This document shows positions 40,432-53,100 of a stretch of 64,000 nt of DNA, in pieces. The position numbers and the translations under genes were made by a program. Under the pieces are notes generated by a model. That model saw only the letters and a program-made list of their open reading frames with translations. It was not told where the DNA came from and did no database searches. Origin of the DNA: Leidyana gryllorum EB-2025a (lineage: Eukaryota > Protista > Apicomplexa); assembly GCA_048772705.1 (NCBI GenBank), contig JBLWGC010000173.1, positions 186,001-250,000 of the forward strand, in the 5' to 3' direction. Each line of letters starts with the position of its first letter. Position 1 is the stretch's first letter.

Positions 40432-42548
40432 ATGCATCGAATAAAAGGGGTCAAGGACAAAGTTCTCCATTCTGTACATGCGCCCCGCCCTCGCTTCCTC
40501 GGAAGAAGAAGGACATCAGTTCCCGAGAAACCCGCAGAGCAGTCCGAGGAGAATGTCTTGGCTAACGAATGGCTCAAGATTGATTCCACTACTTCGGCCT
40601 CCACGGCCTCGGCATTGCAGCGGAAAAAAACTCACTCAGTCGACCTTCGTCGCCGCAGTCAATGGCTGACTGCTACAGAGTTAGAGCGGCTCGCCGACAG
40701 TCTCAGCATGGAGGATCTCTTGGCTGAGGTGCCTCGCGACTGTGACCCCGTGACATGTGATCTCATGGAGTCCATAGTGCAGACCCACGAAGATCTGCAG
40801 CTGGCACGCACTCAGCTCAATCTCTTGTGCACCCCCAACCCTACGCTCATGAGCATCTTGGATTCCTCCTCCACACGCCTTACAGTCTCCATAATCTCGC
40901 TATTGCTAATTATAGGCAATACGTACTGGACTCATTACCCCTCGGCCACGCTAGCGCTCACGGTTGCCTTAGTGCTATACATAAATGTTCGCCCGCCAGC
41001 CACCGAGTTCTTGCCCTTAGTACTAGAAGGTATAGAGAAGGGTGTTGAACACGTTGAAAATGCTACGGGCAAGCTGACGACTATTCTCGCCGCCCACGAA
41101 GGCAAAAGTCCGGCTCGCCTCATCTCCTCACCCACTCTGGTTGAGAAAGAAGAACTCGTTGTGCAGGCCAGTCCCAGGAGACTACATCTCACCAACCTCT
41201 TCTTCACCAACTCGGGAGCATTCCATCTGCACGAGGAGGCCACCATAGCCGATTATTTAGAGCTGATAGCCTCCATCGAAGCTCCGGGCCGCCCTCCCAA
41301 AATGGACACACGGGATTGGCCACTCAGATCAACTTACTTCCGATTCAGCATGTCCGACTCGTCCAAAAGTGAGCTTGTTGAACGCTTGACCGCGTGCCTC
41401 ACAGGTGAGTGAGCAAGACAGCGGTGTGTTCTCGGACATAATCAACTACGTTTCACAGAACGAGGGGTTGCCAAAGAAGACTATTCCAAACGACGCTGCG
41501 TCGAGTTCCTCGATCTCATGCGGTCTGTTGCTATCTACTATAATCCCGCTGCCCTCTTGTTCAATTCCTACCTGGTGGAGCCCAGGCATCAACGAGTACA
41601 GGCCTTCTACGACTTTGAGACCAGCCTGTTCAAAGGTCGGCTCATATGTCGTGCGGCCGGGTTCGACCACATCCCAACCTCAGCCAAGACAGTCGCGCTC
41701 TTTTTCCATGGCAAACGCAGAGTTATGCAATTTGTGTGCCAAGGAGTGCTCAAAGAGGATGTGTGTGCCCGGTCACTGCTAACCGGACAAATCTTCCGAA
41801 AGCCCTTGAAGCTCCCCCCCGCACTCCTCGTCCGGATGGCTATGATGTTTATGCGAAGTTTCAATAGTGTACAAGCCGACGACATCACCTCAACAACACA
41901 TCCCTACTTTATATCTCCTTTCATCACCTCCTGCCAGACTGTGCATGTTGCCGATCCCAAAAAGGGTCAAACGGCTCCTGACATTTCTCAACCAACGGAT
42001 ATAATAGAAGACTGTACAGCTCTGGGAGGCGATCTGGACGGGCCAATCGGATTGGATGGACGGCTGCGTCGCAAGTTCTTCAGCAATCTGGAGAACCTGA
42101 AGTAAGTTGGAGCTCTTGGTCCGCTTGATTTGATTGCGTTTACCAGCCGAACGATCTTACGCAAAAATCTCGTCTATACGTTCGAGTCCTACCAGGTAAG
42201 CCAAATTGCGCGAGGGTTTTGTAGTGTCGGTGCGAGACACACCACACACACCCACGTGCGCGCAGCACCTGACACAGATCAATAATGATTGCTATGCAGC
42301 ACCAATTCAGGTTTGACAACTTCCAGTTCGACCTGGGAGTACGAACAATGGACATTAATAATTATCTGAATGACCAGCCCGTGGAAGTTAGCTGTTTCTT
42401 AGACGACAAGCTTGGAAAGCGTTTCTTCGGCGTCGATCGGAAGAGGGCTGGCAATGAATTGGGGGACGGAGACGTTCCCACTAATTATCTATGGAGGCTG
42501 GAGATTTTCAGTCGCCGGGCAGTTGAGAATCAAGCGGCGATGAGCTGA
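40432..42548 (+). CDS. DUF1769-like domain protein with an N-terminal TM hairpin (multi-exon)
   Basis: FETSLFKGRL, FFHGKRRVMQFVCQG, GQIFRKPLKLPP, PYFISPF, RRKFF, YTFE, YLNDQP. Confidence 0.65.
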
Positions 42549-43843
42549 TGAACGGTGGAGATCCCAGCCGAAATGTGTTTGACCGCTCCATTGACCAGCA
42601 AGCAGAGCAGCCAGAGAGTCAGGGCATACATGAGGCTATGCTGACCGTTGGCAGTAGGTTGCTTGCCGAAGACTGGTTGCCATACCAAGGGAAAGTGGAA
42701 AAGGAACCCGAGAAAGTTAGTCAGGCCGGGGGCGACCCGATGGACGAATCGATTCTCAAACAGCCTGAATAAGAGACCTTTCATGCACTGGGGCCTAACG
42801 ACGCCGTCCCACATCCATCTAAGCCTCTCACGCACTTCCTTCCGCTCGGCGCTTTCGCTTTTATCAACGACCTTAACGAAAACATCCTGCTCATCACCAT
42901 CGCTTGCTGGAGGAACGGCGGTCAGCGGTAGAGGGGCAGCAATTGGTGTCATGGCGGATAGATAAAAGCCATAGATGGTGGTGACGAGGAGTGGGGAAAT
43001 ACCGACCGTTCGCCAGAGCCACTGAGCATTCCAATTGTCCTTGTACCTTCGGGGGCCATGTGATTGGATCAACAGATATATGAAGAATGTGACGTCGGAT
43101 AGATGACGACAGAGCACTCGTCTGTAGTCAAAAATATAGGGTCTGACGACATTGCCGTCCAGTGTGAAGGGAGCGTTGATCAAGGCTCGGGCGAGCCAGA
43201 ATCCAAATGTGTACTGCAGAGCTCGAGGCAGGGGATGGAAAGACCACCCGCTGAACTCTTCAGCATAGCTATGGAGAGCACCGCAAAGCAACAAACATGT
43301 TGTTACCAGACCCACTCCAGTCCATACTAATCGACTTGTATACTTTCCAAGCCATGCGACCACTGGACCTCGTACTAAAGGGTGTACCAACCACAGCCAC
43401 ACAAGTTGGCACACGAACCAGTGGACCGGGTTTGGATTCCAAACTATGCGATTCTTGTCGAATCGTTCAAGAAATGGTAATGTGGCAGTGAAGACGTATT
43501 TTAGTAGATACCGACCCGCTCCTGCTCTGATGGGGAAAATACGGTAGGCGATGTATGCAGTGGCCCATGTCAGCAGTACAATCTTGATACACCGATGTCG
43601 TACGAAGGTCCAGTAGAATCGCCAGAAAGAGACAAAGCCTCCCGATGCACTCGCAGTCCGAATACTGAGACTCAACTCCGTAGTTAGACCGGTCAAAATG
43701 AAGAAGATACCCGAATCGCCATTACGAACTAATCGATCATGAGCTTCTGAGGTCTTGAGACAATGAAAGGCTATAACCCAGGCATGGGCCATCAGCCGAA
43801 GTCCATCCAGGCATGGCACTCGCGGGGCAGCAACTGTGGACAT
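42530..43843 (-). CDS. Acyltransferase family 3 (OafA-like) integral membrane O-acyltransferase
   Basis: LDGLRLMAHAWVIAFH, GIFFILTG, RHRCIKI, HWFV, about 10 TM segments; intronless. Confidence 0.8.
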   Translation of the reverse strand: MSTVAAPRVPCLDGLRLMAHAWVIAFHCLKTSEAHDRLVRNGDSGIFFILTGLTTELSLSIRTASASGGFVSFWRFYWTFVRHRCIKIVLLTWATAYIAYRIFPIRAGAGRYLLKYVFTATLPFLERFDKNRIVWNPNPVHWFVCQLVWLWLVHPLVRGPVVAWLGKYTSRLVWTGVGLVTTCLLLCGALHSYAEEFSGWSFHPLPRALQYTFGFWLARALINAPFTLDGNVVRPYIFDYRRVLCRHLSDVTFFIYLLIQSHGPRRYKDNWNAQWLWRTVGISPLLVTTIYGFYLSAMTPIAAPLPLTAVPPASDGDEQDVFVKVVDKSESAERKEVRERLRWMWDGVVRPQCMKGLLFRLFENRFVHRVAPGLTNFLGFLFHFPLVWQPVFGKQPTANGQHSLMYALTLWLLCLLVNGAVKHISAGISTVHQLIAA

Positions 43844-43859
43844 CTACCAAAAAAAGCAC

Positions 43860-46800
43860 ATGACCTCCCCAACGACTTTCCCCTCCTTGGAGTTACTGGC
43901 TGTTCGCAATGTGCAGCTGGAGACCTATATGTCTCGACGGTTACTGCCCAATATAGATCCCACTCACTCGCCGTTGACCAAGAAAGCCTTATGGCACGTT
44001 CCTGTGATCCGTATATTCGGTCCCTCCATAATTATACGGGTGTCGACTGACCCCAATCGGGCCATTTTGACTTCACCAGGAGGCCCTGGAGAATCCAAGC
44101 CGCCCTTTGAGCGCGGCCCGGAGGTCTTAGTCCATGTCCACTCTGTGCTGCCGTACTTTTATATATCGGTGCCGTCCACACTCCTCTCAAGACTGCCATC
44201 ACACTTGTGTGCGAGGTGCGATGGCGATGCCTTTCTTGATGTGGGTCGCTCTGCTGCTACTGCGAATGCTAATCGAGGCGTATCAGCGGCACCGTGTTGT
44301 CAATTCTGTCTCGATATCGTACATCGTCTCGAGCAGCGCTTGTCGACCGAAGACCGATATCTGCGAAGCAATCGAAAAATGCTGGATCAACCTCAGCAAT
44401 ACGCGTTGATATATGACGTCCAGCTGGTCGCTCGGAAGAGCGTATACGGCTTCCAATCTGCCCCCTCGCTGTTCATCAAAATCACCTGTGTCCGCCCTCA
44501 AGACAATGCAATCGTGGGGAGCATTGTCAAGTTTGGCAATATCTTCAACGCACCGGCTCAGCCTTTCGAGTTACATATACCATATCCGGTGCAGTTTATG
44601 GCCGACTATGATGTCTCGGGACCTGACTTCTTCTTCTTTGTTCCAGAAGATGTCAAAGTACGCAATCCGTACGAGAAGCAGTCTCACCTCCCCAAGCTTG
44701 TCGAGTTTGACTTGATGGCCTCCCAATTTCTGTCTCAACAGGCGGACTCGGGGACCAGACGACAGCCGAGAAAAGACGTCGTGGAATCCATCGTCGTTAT
44801 GGACGACGGCAAAATTGACTTTCCGGACGACAACATGATGTCAGATGACGAGCGGACCCCTTGGCCTCAACTCTTTGAGCAACGCTTTCCGTGGGATTTC
44901 TCGACTGTGGGGGCGCCGGCACCCACAGTCTCACTCCTGAACCTGTGGGTTGTAGGTATCTGGTCACTCTCACACCTCCACTTTGCTCTCAAATAGGCTG
45001 AACGAGAACGCCGTATTCGATATCAAATCTCGGGCCGAACCCCGCTCAAGGATCCCGACACATACCTGAGCACAAAGTTTGACACTGAAAAGTAAGAATC
45101 TCAACGCAAGCAACACTCACAATGTGCACAGATCAAACGTTGTCTTGGCTTCTCAAATTCCGCAATATGCGATCGACCAAGTCGAAGAGCTCCAAGAGTT
45201 TGTACGCCGGTCAGAGGCAGTGAAGAAGGACGAGCCAATCCTAGACAAGTTTGAACTGTCTCGTCTAAAGAAAGAGAAAGGGGCCATGTCGTCCCAACCC
45301 TTGACAGAAGAAGCTCTTCGCAGGAAGCGCAGAGCCTCTGAGACTGGTGATCGCACACAAGCCACAGACGACAATAAGGGTCCCACTAAACTACCTCGTC
45401 GGGAAGCTCGCCTGGCCGGTTATGTTGTGTGCCCTTTCTGGAGCAATGCAGAGGACCTGGAAATGAATACGATTTACCGTCACATACCCGATTGGTCTTT
45501 GACTAGGCGGGTAGGGCCTCCGGGACCCCCCATTTCGATCGCATCGTGTTGTCCGGGATGTACTCTGGATACTTGCGGCGAGACTGGCGTGCGAACTCTC
45601 ACCTTTGCTTCGGAGAGTCTCGCTGTCCGTAACCCGCACCTCTGCCTGCACGACTGCGCTTTCTTTCAAAAAGATCCCTTGGACAACTTGCTGGGTCAAC
45701 GGACGCCTGTTGAAGGCCCCCACCGTACCTTTGTCTTCGCGCGGAGACCTCCGGACCTTCATGTTGTTATCGCCGAAGCCAAGGAGGCTAAACTCAAGCT
45801 CGAGGAGGCGCAACGTAACAAAGTCGCCACTGTTGTGAAACCCATGCTGGATTCCTATGGCCGATTAGTCTACAGCGCTGCGCCCGAGACGGCTGCGAAC
45901 ACCCAGCAGAGTCATCCCCCACCTCAGACCCAATCGTCGGTCTATGATTCTCCCACCATCAGGATAATGGGAGAGAGTGATGAGCCTATCTCTATCTCAC
46001 TAGCGGACGAACTCAGTGCCCTCAAGTCGGCGAGGTCAAGTCGGTCCTCATCCACGCCGTCGTCAGTAACAGCTCACTCTCCTCCCCCGCAAAGCGCTCG
46101 AAAAGGCTGGTGGAAAGAAAGCGCGGGCACCATGATGTCGAAGGTGAAGGCCATAGTAGCTGGACACCTCCCTCCTCATCTGCGCGGCGTCTTGGGCCGC
46201 ATATTATTCATGGAATGTTTATTGGACTTAAGTGTCGGTGACGCTCGCAAGGCCGGCAGTGCAGTCAATGCTCTGAGAAGCATTGGACAGCTGTATCGAG
46301 AGAAGGGTATTGCAGAAGCGGACGCTATCTCTGCTGTCGTCCTTGGCTGGGTCGAGGCGACCATCGTCAAGACTGAGGCACCAGACAAGATACACTACGG
46401 CGTGCTCTTCGTGGACGCAGGCGAGGCTGATAATGCCGGAGTCCTGGTAGCTGACCTCTTCGGCACTCGTCCTGCCCGTGGAGACCCTCTTTTCACTGAA
46501 GCATTCGCCTCAGAAAACGAGCTACTCCTACGCGTGTGCCACCTGATCGACCAGATCGATCCAATAATGCTCGCAGCATGGGACATTCGTCAGGCATCTG
46601 TTGGCTATTTCATGAAACGACTGGCAGTTGTTATGGGAACTCCTGATGCTATGGGATGGCTGTCGCGGATCCGCAAAGAAGGTGTACCCGGTCCCCCTAT
46701 AGCGACTTCCGGTCAATTGGCCCCGACTGCCACCGTCGGGGCCACAGGGGAGCAGAAACGGGCTATGCAAGCTCTCACATCCAGTACGTATCATTCATAG

Positions 46801-49800
46801 CACATCAAATTCCTCATTCATGTCCTCTTTCAGAGATCGTACAGATTGATGGCAGATTGATGCTGAATGGCTGGCGAATCTTCAAGGGGGAGGTTCGTGT
46901 AGCGAACTTCAGTTTCCACAATATTGTGAAACATGTGACGAAGATCGTATTACCCAAATATGACCCCTTGACACTTCATGTCTGGTGGCACACACGTGTG
47001 AAGGGTCGATATCCGTACCGTCAAAATTGCATTACGTATTTAATAAACGTTATAGAAGCGTTCCAAGCGACTATGGCACAGCTCGACACGATATCGAAGT
47101 CCTGCAATATGGCGCAAGTGTTTGGGCTGGAGTGGTCCAGTACCTTCTTTCGGGGTTCTCAGTTCTTTGTTGAGGCGCTGTTATGTCGGGCGAGTCGACG
47201 TCTGGGGCTCTTACTCTTGACGGCCTCCAAAAAGCAAGTTTTTGAACAAGACGCTTTGGAAGCGATACCAATGGTTCTTGAACCACAATCATGTTTCTTC
47301 TTTTCACCTGTCATCGTGGTGGATTATCAGAGTTTATATCCCAGTTTGGTAATTGGTCATAATCTGTGTTACTCGACTTGTCTGGGGAAGTATCATCGCC
47401 TGAAAGCTGCAGTACAGGAGGCCATCGGGAAATGCAAGAAGCAATGTCCAAAGTGCGATAAAGCTCCGATTGTATGTACCAGTTGTCAACACAAGGAGAC
47501 GATCAACATCAAAATGGGTGTTCATGAGCTCCAGCTCAAATTGTCAGACTTTGCCGATCTTCCGCATGTTCGGCCCGATGGAGTCAGCGTTCGGACCAGC
47601 CATTTGCTCCATGTCACTCCAAATGGATCAGTATTCGTAACGGACAAAGTCAAGAGAGGTCTCCTTCCTTCTCTACTCGAGAAAATTCTCCAATCTCGGA
47701 TAATGCTCAAAGGGTCTCAGAAGCTTTACAAAGGCAAATCCGACAGTATCCAACAGACACTAAACCATCAGCAATTCTCGCTGAAGTTCGTGGCCAACGT
47801 TACGTAAGTGATCGATCATATGCGACACCAGATCACTCTTTGTAGTTACGGATATACCGGAGCGTCATTCAGTGGGCGGATGCCGTGCGGGGAAGTCGCG
47901 GATGCGATCGTTTCCCTCGCTCGTCATACACTACAGAGCACCATTGAGATGATCGAGAAAACCGACTTGTAAGTAAGGGCCGCCGTCTCTGAAAGATGCT
48001 TTGATTTCCAGCGGGCGAAAAGTAGAAGTTGTATATGGCGACACCGACTCGATTTTTATCCACGTTCCAGATGGGTCAATGGAAGAAGCTTTCCGTATCG
48101 GAGAACAGATAGTTGGAGACGCGACCCGTCGAACTGTGCGACCAATGGAGCTCAAGTTGGAGAAGGTGTATCAAACCTGCTGTCTCCAAACCAAGAAGAG
48201 GTATACAGGACAGGCATTCGAGTCACTGCAGGACTGGTTGAAGGCCAACCCCGGAACGAAAGAAGGCGACAACGCGGTCCAAGCACTGCCGATGCATCTG
48301 AGAGCTGCAGAATACAGACGCGGCGGTTTCTTTGACTCTAAGGGTATTGAGACCATCCGCCGAGACCAATGCCCCCTGGTCCAGAAAACGACCGCTCGCT
48401 TCATACAAAGCATCTTCCACCATAGCAACTTCTCCTTGGTAAGATATTTGGTAGCACACACACGTGTGTGCATTCTTATGCTACTCTATCTACGCAGCTA
48501 CGCAATACCTTCAATATTACAATAGCCGATATGACAAGTGCTGTCAGCCCAGAGCCAATCACCTCCATACCCAAACTACCTCCGCCTTTCCCACCGATTG
48601 ACCGGTCTCGTATGTTGCCTCCGGCGCTGACCAAATCTGCCAACTTTATGACTTTGGGCGACTTTATATTTGCCAAGGATGTCAAATTGGGGCAATATGC
48701 GTGGAATCGTGGCGGGGCCGCTCACACTCTCCCCCCACAAGCTGCTGTGGCGCTATGGATCACGGAGCTCCAAAATGATTATGTGCAAGCTCGACGCGGC
48801 CCTCACGAGCCCGTGAACCCATTGCCGGTGGAAGACTCGCTTGTGGGCGACGAAGATGAAGTGGACGGGTCGTTGGTGAACGGCGCTGAGACATCTGGCG
48901 AGAACGACAGTGTGGCGGTGTTCGATCAGCACGAACAGGTCGCCTTCTTTGTGGCCACGGGGCAAACGGGAATGCGGATCAATGATCGAGCAGTGACTTC
49001 GTACCGAGTGATAGCCCATCCGCCCAGATTATTGAGTGAGGTGGTGAACCCGGTGGTGCAATGGACATTGTTGCAACTGTGGAAGAGGGCTGTAGGCCAG
49101 TACCCGATTAGTGTTCATCTGGATTACTACACGAATAAGCAGGTTTGTCAAGTGATCCGTCGTTTGGCCGTTTTGCTTCCGGCGTCGAGTGGAGACATAT
49201 TGAAAGGGTTACCGTTTGAGAGATGGGTGAATAGTCTGGCGCGTACAGATGTGCCAGGGCCAGTGTCTCCCTCACTGCCTCGCGGGCAGTTGACTAGTGA
49301 CAACGATGCTGTTGTGAGTCGATTTCGAGGGATAGAGACGGATCGGGCATTGGACGAAGTGATGCCACCACCATTGAGCAGTGAGATGGAGGCTGCAGGA
49401 GCGGTTGAAAGCGAGGAGGAGGACGAGTTGCCTGACTTGGATATGATATTGCCTGATCCGATTGACGATCCAAGTAGCCCTGAGAATCGGTTCAAAGCCC
49501 CCGTGGGTCCACTCGCTGGTGCCCGGACACTGGAACAGTTTATGCGGAGAGGGCCCCACCAACAGGGTGGGTCGACCAGCAAAGCACAGCATGTCGGGGA
49601 TGATGCCGACCGGCTGTGTCGGCTGTGTCGTGGTAGATTGTCAGTTTACGAGATGCATAAAGAGCCGAAATCACAGTTACAATACAGCTGGATGTTACGA
49701 AAGCGAGTGTTGAATTCCTGCAGCCGTAATGTGGGGGTCGAGGAGGAGAAAGCTGAGCAGTCGAGTATGGATGGAGTGTGTCAAGCGTGTCAGCAATGTG

Positions 49801-50006
49801 CTGCGTCCGCGCACTTGGAGGAAATGCGAACTTTGCGAGCTATTGAGTACGGCATGCTGGCTGCACGGCGGGTGTGCTTAGATTGCACCCGAGGGGGTCT
49901 CATTGAAGTAGATAATTGTCGTGATGCTCTGCACTGTCCAGTATATTTCAGACGACATGCATTCCAACAAAAATGGGATTTGTGGCAAGCACGGCTTGAT
50001 CAATGA
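43860..50006 (+). CDS. REV3: DNA polymerase zeta catalytic subunit (multi-exon)
   Basis: VPVIRIFG, HVHSVLPYFY, FELHIPY..QFMADY, RGSQFFVEALL, DYQSLYPS, KFVANVTYGYTGASFSGRMPC, YGDTDSIF, KGIETIRRD, C-terminal Cys clusters. Confidence 0.95.
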
Positions 50007-50175
50007 AGGCAAAGTAATTTCACTCTACCACTGCCAAGTCCCTATCCAATCTAACAGGTCTCCTTTCTCTTGCGATAAAGACCGTTGGGGTGCTTGCTTT
50101 GGTCGTTGTAAGGTCTCTGAGGACCGTTTCGCGGCAGTACCGTCTTTCATTTCTAACTGCACAAGTAACATCTTG

Positions 50176-53100
50176 TCAGTGGTGCTCTCTTACCGTATAT
50201 CTGGAGAGGCCCGAGGGCGATAACGCGCCACCGTCCGACTCGAGGTGTTCAGTGCTAACTTGAGGTGTTAATAAACCCTCGGCTTCCAGCAGCTGCTTGA
50301 CCTCCTGTAACATGTCTTCGTCCGACACCTGAGCCACCAGACTCTTGAGAGTGCCAGTGTCCGGGGCCCGTCCTTCGCTTGCGCTTTTCTTCATCGAAGT
50401 CCTCAGCCGCGATGCTTCTGCCCGAATGAGATCCGCTATCCGTCCCTGCTGCTTCCGTCGTTTCATCGAGGGTGACCAGATCAGTGTTGGCGTCTCTCGA
50501 CCGCCTCCTGCCACGCTGCTCTCGGGCAGCTCTGAGGATGGAGGCGTTGCAGCCGTCAATTTCTTCAAGCTCGCTGACGAGGACGAGTTGCGCAGAATTG
50601 ATTTGGGTGGGGGTTTTGTCAAATCAGAGGGTTCCCGTACTGCTGCTTTCTTTGCGAATTCCGCAACATTGTCCTGCAGATCCTGCTCGGTAAAGGAAAC
50701 CGACGCAGGTCCCTTCTTCAGACTCGGCTTGGCAATTGGAACCTTTGTGGGTACCGGTCCTGGGCTGGGGGCATACTCGCCCCGCAATATCGCGTCGGCC
50801 TTTGGGGTTATGTCATCGGGCGTAGGTGTGGTCACCCCAAGACTACTGCTCTTCTCATGGGAGGTCGACTTGGCTGACTCAAAATCTTTGGGAGAAGGGG
50901 CCTGTGGACTGCTGAAGACATCTTGTGATGCCGATCTCTGAGCCTCAGTGCTCTTCCGTAAGACATCGACTAACCGCGACCCTCCCGGCGACCGGGCCCC
51001 CAATAATGCTTTCGTCACACCGCCCGCTCTCTTTTGAAAGGCTTTGGACGCAGGGCTCGCTGCTGATGGATTGGTGACTCCTGCGAGTCCCGTCACTGAA
51101 CTGGATGGGCTACCGCCGCTGCTGGCATTATCTACCGTCTCCTCTGCTGGTTTCTTCCCCAAAAGCTGTTTCTTGGGTACCAAGAAGCTTCCCCCTGGAC
51201 CGACATCTGACTGGATCGACGACGCCGAATCCAACTCCACCTTCTTCAGTGGAACCGGAAACTTCTTTGGCTGAGGAAGCTGTGGAAGGTCAACGAGATC
51301 ATCGCCCACTTCCTCCCCCGGCAGCGACTCGCCTCGTATCGGAGGCATCGCTTGCATGTCTTGAATCGAACCTCTCTTCTCTCCAATAGACTCAGGAGAC
51401 TTGCTGGAGGGCGCCGGCTTCTTTGACAAAAAGGGTCCTTTCTGGAATCCCTTGGCCGGAGGTCTCTCGACGTCCTCGCCTGCGCTCGAGGGCGGAGGCG
51501 TGGGAGCATCGGGAGTGGGAGCCGCAGGTGGAGAGCTTTTCTTTTTCGGAAGTACTGGTGCCTTCTTGGGTAGTATTGGAGCCTTCTTTGTCGCTGGCGT
51601 ACTGTCTGTCACGCTGGAAGGAGGCGGAGTCGGTGGGGGAGACGCCGTTGTTGTCTCTGCTCTCGGTGGAGAGCCACCAGACGCCTTAGAAGTCGGGATT
51701 GAAGCTTTCTGGATTATCACCTCGGGGGCGTTCTCCATTGAGGGCGCCAGAGACGAGTCTGTGTTTGTGTTCGTATTCGGACCGCTTTCTAACGCCTGTA
51801 CCTTCTTAGGCACAGGCGGCTTCTTCATCGGAGGGACCTTCTTCTCACTCACTGACTCCTTCACTTTCATAGCTGGGGGTGATTGCTTCTTGATCTCTTC
51901 AGTGTCGTTCTTTGCTGCAGGAGGGGGACTGGATGCTTGGGGTGGGGAGGACTCTTGCTGCACTGCCTCTTCCGAGTCGCCGGCTTTCGCCGGAGGCCCT
52001 TTCTTTGGGGGCAGAGGTCCCTTCTTGGGCAGAATCGGCGCCTTCTTCCCGCCGCCTATTTCTTCGACCTTCGGACCAGTCTCCGCTATGGGTTCTACTT
52101 CGGACTTCTTCGGTGGCGGTGGCGGTTTCTTGAGGACAGACGGGGCCTCTTTGGGAGGAGAGTCAACGGCACTCCCCTCGGCTGGGGACTCGGCTGCTTT
52201 CTTTGGTGGCGGTGGCGGTTTCTTGAGGACAGACGGGGCCTCTTTGGGAGATTCGCCGACGGCACTCCCCTCGGCTGGGGACTCGGCTGCTTTCTTCGGT
52301 GGCGGTGGAGGCGGTTTCTTGAGGACAGAGGGGGCCTCTTTGACAGATCCAGCCCTAACGTCATCACCCTGAGGCTCAGTCGATTTCTTCGGCGGTGGAG
52401 GCGGTTTCTTGAGGGCAGAGGGGGCCTCTTTGGGAGATTCGCCGACGCTCGTGTCATCCGGTGAGATTGGAGCCTTCTTGGCTGGGAGTGGCGGCTTCTT
52501 GAGTATCGCTGGACCCGTCTTGGCGGCTTCCGTCTCCTTTGTGGCCGGCGGACCGCTCTCGGCGGTTGCTTTGGATGAGAGAGGAGACGGCGGCTTCTTC
52601 ATCACAGGAGGTGCTGGGCGGTCTCCGACATCACTCTCGTCGGCTGACAAGTCAGTTCCCTCAAATTCAATTGATTTCCGCACACTCAGAGACGGAGCTT
52701 TCTTGGTGGTGGGGGGTCCCTCACCAGCCTTCTTGGCGGGCAGCGGTGGCTTCTTCATCCCAGGGACTTTCTTTGCTTCTCCTGCATCCTCTGCCTGAAC
52801 ACTGGCGGACTCAACTGGAGACGGTGATCCCTTTGGCTCTTCAGATTGCGCCTCTGTATCGGGCGCGACACTCTTCTTGGGCGGCGGTGGCGGAGGCTTC
52901 TTCGAGACTGTCGGAGGTTCCACTTTGCTCACTTCACTCCCGGTGTCTGTCACTGTCGCTGTCGCTGTCTTCTTTGGAGGTGGCGGAGGGGCTTTCTTGG
53001 TGAGGGGTGGAGAGTCATCTGCTGCGAGTGGGTCACTGGCCTCTCCTCCTTGCTGTTTGCTGGTTGGTGGTGAGGGTGTCGGTTTCTTTGGCACAGCGGG

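Noticed and set aside
11205-50006. Viral or Polinton origin for the two family-B polymerases
   Set aside because: Both are intron-containing cellular Pol delta and Pol zeta with C-terminal Cys domains; no capsid, packaging ATPase or integrase nearby
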